From: a virus
Lineage: Duplodnaviria; Caudoviricetes
Reading direction: 5' to 3' (one strand)
Length of the DNA: 32,806 bases
Virus record (IMG/VR): IMGVR_UViG_3300031965_000107
Coordinates: 1-32,806 of that record
The notes below the pieces were generated by a model. The model was not told the DNA's origin. It was given only the letters and a program-made list of their open reading frames with translations, and did not search any database. Both the position numbers and the translations under genes were made by a program. Each line of letters opens with the position of its first letter. Position 1 is the first letter of the stretch. Below, in pieces: positions 1 through 8,420 of this stretch.

Positions 1-1
1 G

Positions 2-1546
2 GCCATCACGCGCATCCACGACGTGGAGGGCTCGCTGACGCTGACCTCGATCGGTGGCGGTGCGGGCGGCGCGGCCAACAGTGAGATTGTGATCCAAGCC
101 GCGCAGTCGGCCGGACGCAAGCAGTCGAACGCGGCCGATCACGGGTTTTGGTTGACGGTCGGATCTCAGAACGTGTCGGCGGCTGGCGTCCATGTGGGGG
201 TCTGGGTCAACCATATTCACTACGGCGTGTTGACGCAGCTGCGGGTGCGGTTGGGGTCGGCCATTGGCTCGGCGACGGCGGGAAACTGGGACGGGCACAA
301 CTTTCCGCTCGCGCAGTACCCGGCGCTTGGGGGCTGGGTGCGGCATTGGATCGACGTGGCGCGTACGCCGGACTTCCAAGGCGATTCTGGTGGGCTCGTC
401 AAGACGGCCTTGATCGGCGTTGCAGTGGTCGCATGGCTCCCGGCGGTGAGCGGCAACGCGCCCAACATCATCATGGACGCGTCGGACTTCACGACGACTG
501 GGCTATTGCTGACCGGGACGGCGGGCGTCTGGCAGGATTTCATCACCGCCGACGAGGGCACCGGGGGGAATAAGTACGGCGTGGTTGTGACGACCGCTGG
601 GGTCATCTTCGTCCTCGCGCGATTGATCCTCGGGTCGGCCTCGTCGCTTGCGTTCGCCGACAGCGGCTTCGTGATCGTGTTCCCGCAGCAGGCGACGGTG
701 GCGGCCAACTTCATGGGCCTCACGGTCGACCTTCAACACGCTTCTACGGCGATCACCTGGGCGAACGGCGTTGTCAAATCGGCCGGGACGGTCCAAGGCG
801 ATCTGGTGGTGACGGGGAACGCCGGTAGCCTGGCCGTGGAGAGCACGACGCTCTCCGCCTTGCGGGTGGTGACGCTCACGGCGGGCGCGACATTGACGGA
901 GTGTCTCGTCGCTGGGTGCGGGCTGATCACCGCTGGCGGCGGCGCACTCCTCGATTGTTCGGTGATCGACGCCACAGGTACAGCAGCGTTGCTGTGGGAC
1001 ACCGCTACTGACCCGAACGGAAAGCTCGACGGCACGGCGTTCACATCGGGAGGGAGCGGACACGCGATCCAGTTCGGGCCAAACACCCCCGGCGATCCAA
1101 CTGAAATCAGCCTCTCGGGCGTGACCTTCTCGGGCTACGGGGCCGCTGATACGACCGATGCGGCGATCTATAACAACAGCGGCAAGCACCTGATCATCAA
1201 CATCATCGGCGGCGGGACTACACCCACGGTACTTAATGGATCTGGAGCTTCCACGACGATTGTGTCTGGGCAGACGGCCGTCACGTTCACCGGCATGAAG
1301 GACAATACCGAGGTGCGCGTCTACGACGCCGGGACGGGCGAGGAAATCGCCGGCATCGAGGACGCGACCGACGGGAGCCCGGGCAACCGATCGTTCACCT
1401 GGAGCGATGCCGCCAGCAACGTCGTGGACTACGTGATTCACAACGTCGACTATGAGTCCATTCGCGTCGAGGGCTACGTCGTGCCAGCATCCGATGCCTC
1501 GATTCCGATCCAGCAGCGGCTGGATCGCAACTACGAGAACACGTGA
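2..1546 (+). CDS. Gly/Ala/Thr-rich hypothetical protein, probably virion-associated and beta-rich (5' end at window edge)
   Basis: Frame is open from base 2 (AITRIHDVEGS...); base 1 could be the G of an ATG. Composition is typical of beta-helix/beta-sandwich phage accessory proteins. TGATG overlap with the next gene. Confidence 0.75.
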   Translation, partial: AITRIHDVEGSLTLTSIGGGAGGAANSEIVIQAAQSAGRKQSNAADHGFWLTVGSQNVSAAGVHVGVWVNHIHYGVLTQLRVRLGSAIGSATAGNWDGHNFPLAQYPALGGWVRHWIDVARTPDFQGDSGGLVKTALIGVAVVAWLPAVSGNAPNIIMDASDFTTTGLLLTGTAGVWQDFITADEGTGGNKYGVVVTTAGVIFVLARLILGSASSLAFADSGFVIVFPQQATVAANFMGLTVDLQHASTAITWANGVVKSAGTVQGDLVVTGNAGSLAVESTTLSALRVVTLTAGATLTECLVAGCGLITAGGGALLDCSVIDATGTAALLWDTATDPNGKLDGTAFTSGGSGHAIQFGPNTPGDPTEISLSGVTFSGYGAADTTDAAIYNNSGKHLIINIIGGGTTPTVLNGSGASTTIVSGQTAVTFTGMKDNTEVRVYDAGTGEEIAGIEDATDGSPGNRSFTWSDAASNVVDYVIHNVDYESIRVEGYVVPASDASIPIQQRLDRNYENT

Positions 1547-2163
1547 TGCCGACCTTTGACGGGAGCAACCTGTTGATCGTGCTTGATGCAAGCATTGCGG
1601 AGGTCGACGCAAAGGCGGATCTCTACTCGGCATGGAAGGCATGGCTGAAGGTCGGGGCGAACGCCAAGTACTCGCTGGCGTTCGACACGGTGGGCGGTGA
1701 TTCGACGACCGCGGCCGGCGCGGTGTCGCCGTTCTTCTTCTTGCGCAATGACCTCGGCTGGCGCATCCGTCCGGCTGAAGAAGATGCGAACGTGACAATC
1801 GTCGGCAACCTGTACGGCCGCGACCCAGCACTACCAGTATTCGTGCCGACTTCGGGCGCCTACACGGTCTTAATCGCCGTCGACCGTGATGCGTCATCGG
1901 TCGTCGAGACGGTGACGTCGGGAAGCGGCGTGACTGAGCAGGACAAAATTGACATTGCGAATTTGACCTGGGCAGAAGTCATCGATGGAGCCTACACGAG
2001 CGAACAGCTGATGCGCGTGCTCGCAGCCGCAATGGCAGGGAAATTATCAGGCTCTCCTGGTCCAACGATTACGATCCGGGACATTTCTGACACCAAAGAT
2101 CGGATTGTGGCAACTGTCGATGAGGAGTCGAATCGGACGGAGATAGTGCTGGATGTGACCTAG
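1546..2163 (+). CDS. Hypothetical phage protein
   Basis: ATG overlaps the upstream TGA; globular-looking 205 aa protein; next gene starts 1 nt after the stop. Confidence 0.8.
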   Translation: MPTFDGSNLLIVLDASIAEVDAKADLYSAWKAWLKVGANAKYSLAFDTVGGDSTTAAGAVSPFFFLRNDLGWRIRPAEEDANVTIVGNLYGRDPALPVFVPTSGAYTVLIAVDRDASSVVETVTSGSGVTEQDKIDIANLTWAEVIDGAYTSEQLMRVLAAAMAGKLSGSPGPTITIRDISDTKDRIVATVDEESNRTEIVLDVT

Positions 2164-2164
2164 C

Positions 2165-2644
2165 ATGGCGACTTTCTATACGCCCTATTACTACAACGAC
2201 TCTTACTTCTGGTATCTGACTGGTTCAGCGCCAGGGTCACTGTCCCCGTCTATTTCCGCATCCGCAAGCCTCTCGCCCTCGCTTTCGGCGAGCACGTCAC
2301 TCTCGCCCTCGCTTTCGGCGAGCACGTCACTCTCGCCTTCGCTTTCAGCGAGCGTGTCGCTCTCGCCTTCGCTTTCGTGGAGCGCGTCACTCTCGCCATC
2401 CGCCTCGCCCTCACCTGCCGCTCCGGCTGAAGTCATCACCTACGGCAATCAATGGGGCAGCCGCGGCACGGCGACCTCGTGGCAGCCTTTGCGCCAACTA
2501 AGCGGCAGTCCTTCCGTGAGCGCGTCTCTGTCGCCAAGCGCCTCGCCGAGTGCCTCACCGAGCCCTTCATTTCCGCCGCTCGATCGACTGTCGATCGGGC
2601 GGGATGATGACGACATCTTCGTGCTGTTCTTGGAGGCCGCATGA
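2165..2644 (+). CDS. Small Ser-rich repeat protein with aromatic N-terminus and acidic/hydrophobic C-terminus
   Basis: N-terminus MATFYTPYYYNDSYFWY, (Ser-X)30 at 2237-2416, (Ser-X)12 at 2501-2572, C-terminus DDDDIFVLFLEAA. ATGA overlap with the downstream glycosyltransferase. Confidence 0.8.
   Translation: MATFYTPYYYNDSYFWYLTGSAPGSLSPSISASASLSPSLSASTSLSPSLSASTSLSPSLSASVSLSPSLSWSASLSPSASPSPAAPAEVITYGNQWGSRGTATSWQPLRQLSGSPSVSASLSPSASPSASPSPSFPPLDRLSIGRDDDDIFVLFLEAA
2271..2400 (+). repeat. 30-bp tandem repeat, about 4.3 copies (encodes the 10-aa unit SLSPSLSAST)
   Basis: tctcgccctcgctttcggcgagcacgtcac at 2271-2300 and an identical copy at 2301-2330; diverged copies at 2331-2360 and 2361-2390. 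Confidence 0.95.
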
Positions 2645-3624
2645 GTCTGAAACTGTCGATTATCATTCCGGCGCGCAACGAACGCTTCCTGCAGCCGACC
2701 ATTGATAGCCTGCTCGCCGGTGCGACTGGCGACATTGAGATCCTCGCCTGCCTCGATGGGTATTGGCCCGATCCGCCGCTCCGCGACGATCCACGCGTCC
2801 GCGTGCTGCACTGGAGCGAACCCCGGGGGATGCGACCGTCGGAGAACACGGCGATCGCCGTCGCCACGGGCGACGTTCTCATGAAGCTCGACGCCCACTG
2901 TCTCGTCGCGCCCGGCTACGACGAGGTGCTGACCGCGGCGTGCGAGCCCGGCACGCTCGTCGTGCCGACGCGGCACAGCATCGATCCCGAACGCTGGCGG
3001 ACGAGCGCCGAGCCGGCGACCGGAGTCGAGCGGGGCGGCGCGGTGAAGTGGCGGCACTGGAACTACCACATCCTGACGTTTCCCTACCTGCCCAGCATGT
3101 ACGGCTCGGGACTGCACGCCGTGACGTTCCCGTGGGATCAGAACAAGGTCATCAACGAGGAGCGACAGGCCGTCCTAGTTGACGATCTCATGTCCTGCCA
3201 GGGCTCATGCTGGGTGCAACGCAAGGCCGACTTCGAGCGCCTGGGTTCGCTCGATCACGAGAACTACGGCTTCTATGGCGAAGCGATCGAAATCTGCAAC
3301 CGCGTTTGGATGACCGGGGGCAGGTGCGTGATCGCCAAGGGCACCTGGTACGCCCACCTCCACAAGGGGCGGGACGAAGGTCGCGGCTTCTACCTCAGCT
3401 TGCGAAAGAAGCGCGCCTCCGAAGCCTACGGAACGGAATTCTGGCTGAACAATCGTTGGCCTGGTGCGACGCGCACCTTTGAGTCGCTCGTCGAGCAGTT
3501 CTGGCCGCTCATCAGCCTGATGAAGGATCCGCGATATGCCTGGCCGGACACGTGGCGAGATTTTGATCGACATCGAGTCGCATTTGAGACTCGGCATCCA
3601 GACGAGATCCCGGCACATACCTAA
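2641..3624 (+). CDS. GT-A fold glycosyltransferase (GT2-like, with polypeptide GalNAc-transferase/GT27-like motifs)
   Basis: SIIIPARNE, KLDAHC (DxH, 2890-2901), GSCWVQRKADFERLGSLD, YGEAIEICNRVWMTGG, WYAHLHK. Confidence 0.9.
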   Translation: MSLKLSIIIPARNERFLQPTIDSLLAGATGDIEILACLDGYWPDPPLRDDPRVRVLHWSEPRGMRPSENTAIAVATGDVLMKLDAHCLVAPGYDEVLTAACEPGTLVVPTRHSIDPERWRTSAEPATGVERGGAVKWRHWNYHILTFPYLPSMYGSGLHAVTFPWDQNKVINEERQAVLVDDLMSCQGSCWVQRKADFERLGSLDHENYGFYGEAIEICNRVWMTGGRCVIAKGTWYAHLHKGRDEGRGFYLSLRKKRASEAYGTEFWLNNRWPGATRTFESLVEQFWPLISLMKDPRYAWPDTWRDFDRHRVAFETRHPDEIPAHT

Positions 3625-4178
3625 TCGTATCGAGGAGTTCTCATAATGCCCCGCGTTGGGATAATGCGTGCGCCAAGTGTTCGCCGAATCCCGGCTGCAT
3701 ATAGGCGCTTGCATTCGTTACATCTCCGGCTGCCGTCTGCGCGATTAGGTGCGGGTGGAAGCGTATGACCGCTTGGGCATGTGCGAGGCTTGGCCAATGC
3801 CGCTGCGCGGGCGATGTTCTCCTGTTGTGTAACGAGCTTCAGATGCGAGGGGTTGCAGCAGCGCCGGTTATTACAAGCCGCGTGGTCGAGCTGTGGGACC
3901 GTGTGCGCGAGACCGCTTGGCAGAGGTTCCACCAGCCATGCGTACAGGAGTCTGTGCAGATATATTTCTCGCCCCTTGAAACTGATCCTACCGTAACCGT
4001 TCTTTGCGGCACCGCTGGCGTTCCAGCAGTTTGTGGCCGAATCGATCTTGATTTTCGCGAAGATTCGCGAGATGTTTTTGATCGAGATGTGATGGATGGC
4101 GAGATACTGCGACTCAGCCACGTGCGCTGCCTCCGAATCAGTTGCGTTGTGGTTAGGGCCGCGGCTGTGCTCCGACAC
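3621..4178 (-). CDS. HNH homing endonuclease (HNH_3-like) with C-terminal Cys/His Zn-binding motif
   Basis: CWN..GYGRI..HRLLY..LDHAACNNRRCCNPSHL..VTQQEN, then CPSGH..RRCNECKR. Visibly lower GC than flanks; start codon uncertain. Confidence 0.85.
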   Translation of the reverse strand: MSEHSRGPNHNATDSEAAHVAESQYLAIHHISIKNISRIFAKIKIDSATNCWNASGAAKNGYGRISFKGREIYLHRLLYAWLVEPLPSGLAHTVPQLDHAACNNRRCCNPSHLKLVTQQENIARAAALAKPRTCPSGHTLPPAPNRADGSRRCNECKRLYAAGIRRTLGARIIPTRGIMRTPRYD

Positions 4179-4207
4179 TACCGCAGCCTTATCTATGGTA
4201 CCACATT

Positions 4208-4876
4208 ATGCCTGACCCGTTGACCTACGTTGCGACTAAGTATGCCCTGGATCTACATCGGCGCTCGCCGATCGAGATTCAGAACATTGGCCGCGACGAC
4301 CTCGCGCAGCTCTTCGTCGAGTTGGGCTTCCACGTGGGCGTCGAGGTCGGCGTCGAGCGCGGCCTGTACTCGGAGGTACTCTGCCGCGCGGGCCTGGAAC
4401 TGACGTGCGTCGATGGTTGGCGGGCCTACCGCGGGTACCGCGATCACGTGGACCAGGGGAAACTTGACGGGTTCTACGAGGAGGCGTATGCGCGACTCCG
4501 TCCATTCGGTGCCCGGATCATGCGGAAGTTCTCGCTCGAAGCCGTGCAGGACTTCGCGGACGGCTCGCTCGATTTCGTTTACCTGGACGGGAATCACGAT
4601 CTCCCGAACGTGATCAACGACATCCACGCTTGGGGTCGGAAGGTCCGCGTCGGGGGCATTCTGGCCGGGCATGACTACGTGCGCTATCATTGGCCGAACC
4701 AGATTCACGTCGTGCAAGCCGTCAACGCTTACACCGAGGCGTACGAGATCCATCCGTGGTTTCTCGCCGGGACCAAGGCGAAGGTACTAGGCGAGACGCG
4801 CGACACGGCGCGGTCCTGGTTCTGGGTGAAGCCGGCGCCGCGCACGAAGACGTACCGGGGCATCGTCAAACAGTGA
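4208..4876 (+). CDS. Class I SAM-dependent methyltransferase (Methyltransf_24-like; probable sugar O-methyltransferase)
   Basis: Motif I VEVGVERG; DGSLDFVYLDGNH; KVRVGGILAGHDY. Confidence 0.9.
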   Translation: MPDPLTYVATKYALDLHRRSPIEIQNIGRDDLAQLFVELGFHVGVEVGVERGLYSEVLCRAGLELTCVDGWRAYRGYRDHVDQGKLDGFYEEAYARLRPFGARIMRKFSLEAVQDFADGSLDFVYLDGNHDLPNVINDIHAWGRKVRVGGILAGHDYVRYHWPNQIHVVQAVNAYTEAYEIHPWFLAGTKAKVLGETRDTARSWFWVKPAPRTKTYRGIVKQ

Positions 4877-4884
4877 GGGATGCG

Positions 4885-5091
4885 ATGAAGATTAGAGACA
4901 CAGTCGAAGACATCAAGTGCGTCGGACGGCGTCGAATCGCAGTGAGCCTTTCAGATGAGCCAGCCGGACTCGTGCTGGTCATCGATCTGGATCGCACGAC
5001 TGGGCGGACCAACCTCGCCAACCTCGTGCTCGAGAAGCGCGAGGCGAAGAAGCTCGCGGCGACGATCAATCGGACGATCAAGCTCGTGTAG
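4885..5091 (+). CDS. Small hypothetical protein (68 aa)
   Basis: GAGGGA SD-like sequence precedes ATG 4885; fills the gap between neighbouring genes. Confidence 0.6.
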   Translation: MKIRDTVEDIKCVGRRRIAVSLSDEPAGLVLVIDLDRTTGRTNLANLVLEKREAKKLAATINRTIKLV

Positions 5092-5101
5092 GGGCCTTTC
5101 C

Positions 5102-5368
5102 ATGAGAGTCGACGCATGCGGTCGGTCCTACTACGAGGTGCCGGTCTTTCCAACCGGCCGCCTGAAAACCGCATTCGAAACGCTTGACGCGCAGGAGTGT
5201 TGCGAATGCCTAGCGTTGATTCATCACGGCACGGACCGGTACTTTCAGCGCAATGAGTCGACGGATGGTCTTGAAACTAGGGTGGCTGGCGTTCTGATGG
5301 CACTGACCTACGACGCGGTCTGTGGTCCGTGCGGCGATCGATTCCTGAATGAGACGGCAACGCGATGA
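5102..5368 (+). CDS. Small putative Zn-binding protein (88 aa)
   Basis: CCEC and CGPC pairs; ATGA overlap with the next gene. Confidence 0.55.
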   Translation: MRVDACGRSYYEVPVFPTGRLKTAFETLDAQECCECLALIHHGTDRYFQRNESTDGLETRVAGVLMALTYDAVCGPCGDRFLNETATR

Positions 5369-6045
5369 AGATCGCTGTCATTTCTGCCAACCTCGGGCGC
5401 TACGACCCAGACGTGCCGTGGGTGCCGCAGATCGTGCCCGCCGGCGTGACGGTCGAGGTGCATCGGCTGACCGACGCGACCTTCCCGCCGCGGCCGAAGG
5501 CGATGACCTCGGCGCTCCAGTGCGGGATCCCGAAGTGGTTCGGGGCAGACCTATTCCCAGGCGCAGATGTGTACCTCTGGGTGGACGCTTCGTGCGCGCT
5601 CCTGAATTCGCATGCAGTGACCCTGCTGCTTGAGCGGCTCGGAACGTCTAACCTCCTAGTGTTTCGGCATCCAGATCGCGCGACGATCGGCGAGGAGTAC
5701 GAGTTCCTCAAGACGCGCCTAGCACGACCTGGCGAGCGGTACCTGACCACGCGTTATGCCGGCGAATGGTTGGACGCCCAGTACGAGCACATCTGCGCTA
5801 GACACGCGTCCTTCGTCGACTATCAGCTCTTTGCGACGACCGCATTTATGTACCGGCCTGACCCGAGTGTGTTGGCGGTATTTAAAGAAACCTGGTTCGG
5901 GAAGACTCGATGGCACCTGCATGATCAATTGTTCTTCGCCTATGCCCTCGCGAAGAGCGATTGCAATTTCCGCGTGCTGCAGGAGAAATATACGGATTGT
6001 CCGTACCTTACATTCGTGCGGAACCGACATCGAAAGAGCGCATGA
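5365..6045 (+). CDS. Putative glycosyltransferase, DUF616/TOD1-MUCI70-like
   Basis: ISANLGRYD, YLWVDAS, FRHPDR..GEE, HDQLFF match my recollection of DUF616-type motifs (GxYD, WxD, HPxR, DQL). Confidence 0.7.
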   Translation: MKIAVISANLGRYDPDVPWVPQIVPAGVTVEVHRLTDATFPPRPKAMTSALQCGIPKWFGADLFPGADVYLWVDASCALLNSHAVTLLLERLGTSNLLVFRHPDRATIGEEYEFLKTRLARPGERYLTTRYAGEWLDAQYEHICARHASFVDYQLFATTAFMYRPDPSVLAVFKETWFGKTRWHLHDQLFFAYALAKSDCNFRVLQEKYTDCPYLTFVRNRHRKSA

Positions 6046-6695
6046 TGTTTATCTACGTTGTGACGAACACGGTCAACGGTAAGCAGTACGTTGGACAGAC
6101 GACTGTACCGATTCAAAAACGCTGGCAGCGTCACTGCGCTGCCGCGCGCGGCGCAAGGCCCGATTGTCGCGTCTTTCACGCGGCCATCAGGAAATACGGG
6201 CCAACATCGTTTTTGATCGAAACGATACTGCTCAAAAACGGAGCATCACAGACCGATCTTGACGCGCGCGAGCGCGAGACGATCATCGCCCTCGGGACGA
6301 TTGCGCCAAATGGTTACAACTTAAAGGAGGGCGGGTTGGGCGGAGCCCTCCATGCCGATACAAAGGCTAAACTCAGTGCATCGCTTCGAGGGCGCAGATT
6401 CAGTGCTGGACACCGCGCCAAGATCAGCGCCGCCCTAAAGGGTCGAACGTTTTCGAGTGAGACCTTGGCGCGGATGAGCAACGGCCAGCGCGGGCGGAAG
6501 CATTCACCTGAGACACTGCATCGCTTAAGTGAATCGCACCGTGGAATTATATCGCCAAATAAAGGGAAGTCACCATCCGCCGAGACGCGGCTGAAATTGA
6601 GCCTCGCTGGTATTGGGCGAATCGTCTCGGAGGCCACAAGAACCAAATTGAGCGCCGCGACGAGAAACCACTATGCGGCGAAGAACGCATCATGA
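6042..6695 (+). CDS. GIY-YIG homing endonuclease with NUMOD3 repeats
   Basis: FIYVVTN..KQYVGQT..KRWQRH..E..GYNL; C-terminal repeats such as HADTKAKLS, HSPETLHRLSESHRG, SAETRLKLS. ATGA overlaps at both ends; lower GC. Confidence 0.92.
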   Translation: MMFIYVVTNTVNGKQYVGQTTVPIQKRWQRHCAAARGARPDCRVFHAAIRKYGPTSFLIETILLKNGASQTDLDARERETIIALGTIAPNGYNLKEGGLGGALHADTKAKLSASLRGRRFSAGHRAKISAALKGRTFSSETLARMSNGQRGRKHSPETLHRLSESHRGIISPNKGKSPSAETRLKLSLAGIGRIVSEATRTKLSAATRNHYAAKNAS

Positions 6696-7411
6696 CCGAC
6701 CTGAATTGCCTGTACTACACCGCGAATCGCGTGCCGGCAGGTTTTGCCGCGACGATTCGCCGACACCTTCGCGAGGCCGCGGTTACTCAGGCGGGCCTGC
6801 CGCTCCAGATCATTGCTGTCTCGCAACAGCCACTGCCCTTCGACGATGACTTCAGTGACGTGAACATCTGTGTCGGTGAAACCGGCGCGTCGATCTACAA
6901 CTGCTACCGCCAGATCCTCATCGGGGCACAGGCGGCCATGACACCGTTCGTAGCCTGCGTAGAAGATGACACGCTTTATAACGATCAGCACTTCACGCAC
7001 CGGCCCACAACGGATGACGTCTTCACCTACAACCGGAACCGCTGGGTGCTCTGCGCCGATGGCACGTTCTACTACCGCGAACGGACACAGATGGCGATGT
7101 GCATCGCTCCGCGCGCGCTGCTCATCGAGACGCTTGAGGAGCGCTTTCGGAAGTGGCCCGAGCCGATCACGGACGAGGTCGCAAAAGCTGCCGGTTGGGG
7201 CGAGCCTGGACGGTATGAGCGCAACATGGGCTTGACGCCGCGCCGGCGCGAGTACTTCAGCACCGACCAGCCCTGCGTGACCGTGAACCACCGACACGGG
7301 CTGATGGGCGTGCGGAAGGTCCAGCCGACCGACACGGTCGTCCGCACGCTCGAACCGTGGGGCGACGGCGCCGCGCTGTGGAAGCGGCTGTTTGCGGACG
7401 AGGGCACCTGA
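6692..7411 (+). CDS. Putative GT-A glycosyltransferase (paralog of the C-terminal domain of 8853-10745)
   Basis: LYYT, YRQILIG, VACVEDDTLY..HF, DVFTYNRNRW, EPG, QP.V.VNH, PWG all have counterparts in the C-terminal half of 8853-10745. EDD sits at the DxD position. Confidence 0.65.
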   Translation: MTDLNCLYYTANRVPAGFAATIRRHLREAAVTQAGLPLQIIAVSQQPLPFDDDFSDVNICVGETGASIYNCYRQILIGAQAAMTPFVACVEDDTLYNDQHFTHRPTTDDVFTYNRNRWVLCADGTFYYRERTQMAMCIAPRALLIETLEERFRKWPEPITDEVAKAAGWGEPGRYERNMGLTPRRREYFSTDQPCVTVNHRHGLMGVRKVQPTDTVVRTLEPWGDGAALWKRLFADEGT

Positions 7412-7412
7412 G

Positions 7413-8420
7413 ATGCCGTCCTTCGATTACCTCATCGTCGGGGCCGGCTTCGCCGGCGCGGTCTGCGCCGAACGGCTCGCGGCCGCGGGTCGCCAGGTGC
7501 TTGTCATCGACCGGCGCGCCTATGTCGGCGGGAACGCGCATGATGAGTTCAACGACGCAGGGATCCTCTGCGGAAAGCACGGCGCCCACGTGTTTCACAC
7601 GAACTCGAGGCGAGTGTTGGACTACCTCTCTCAGTTTACGGAGTGGCGATCCTACGAGCATCGTGTCCTGTCCTCGGTGAACGGGCAACTCTTGCCAGTG
7701 CCGATCAATCAGACGACGCTCGAAGCCTTTGGAGGGGATCTGGTCGCCGCAGAGAAGGCTATGATTGAGCCCTACACGCGGAAGCAATGGGGCGAGTACG
7801 CCGACCAGTTGTCCCCGATCGTGTTGGCGCGGATTAAGACACGGGAGACCAGGGACGATCGGTACTTTACGGACACCTATCAGGCGATGCCACTGCACGG
7901 GTACACGCGGCTGTTCGAGCGGATCCTCGATCACCCGAACATCACGGTCCAAATCGAGACGCCGTACGAGGCGCTCGCGGCCAAGGGTCATACCTACGGG
8001 GCCATCATTTGGTCGGGCCCGATTGACGCCTTCTTCAACCACTGCCTGGGTGCGCTACCGTATCGCTCCGCTACGTTCATCTTCGCGACATTCGACCACG
8101 GCCCGTACCAGGCTGTCGGCGTCGTGAATCATCCGAGCGAGCGGGTACCCTTCACGCGGTCCATTGAGTTCAAGCATATCACGGGCCAGGTGCATCGCGA
8201 CACGACGGTTGCGCACGAATATCCGACCGCTGAGGGTGAGCCCTTCTGGCCCATTCCGACGGCGGCCAACCTGGAACGGTATCGGCAGTACCAGGCCCTC
8301 GCGCGTGAGCGGCGCGATGTGTATTTCGTCGGACGGCTCGGCACCTACAAGTACATCGACATGGACATCGCGGTGGCGCAAGCTCTCGCACTGACGCGCA
8401 GGCTAGTTGGAGGTCAATGA
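7413..8420 (+). CDS. glf: UDP-galactopyranose mutase
   Basis: IVGAGFAG FAD motif, GGN, GAHVFHT, YTRKQWG, RYFTDTYQAMP, GRLGTYKYIDMD. Confidence 0.95.
   Translation: MPSFDYLIVGAGFAGAVCAERLAAAGRQVLVIDRRAYVGGNAHDEFNDAGILCGKHGAHVFHTNSRRVLDYLSQFTEWRSYEHRVLSSVNGQLLPVPINQTTLEAFGGDLVAAEKAMIEPYTRKQWGEYADQLSPIVLARIKTRETRDDRYFTDTYQAMPLHGYTRLFERILDHPNITVQIETPYEALAAKGHTYGAIIWSGPIDAFFNHCLGALPYRSATFIFATFDHGPYQAVGVVNHPSERVPFTRSIEFKHITGQVHRDTTVAHEYPTAEGEPFWPIPTAANLERYRQYQALARERRDVYFVGRLGTYKYIDMDIAVAQALALTRRLVGGQ

Noticed and set aside
503-1897. Many long Arg/Pro-rich alternative-frame ORFs here and across the window
   Set aside because: Expected in high-GC DNA with few stop codons; they overlap better-supported genes.
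2271-2400. 30-bp repeats as a possible CRISPR array
   Set aside because: Directly tandem with no spacers, in-frame within a CDS, and no cas genes.
3765-4223. Plus-strand 152-aa ORF over the HNH region
   Set aside because: No recognisable motifs; the minus-strand frame has a clear HNH signature.
6042-6695. Endonuclease as part of a group I intron or intein
   Set aside because: Both flanking genes look complete, and there is no non-coding space for an intron core.
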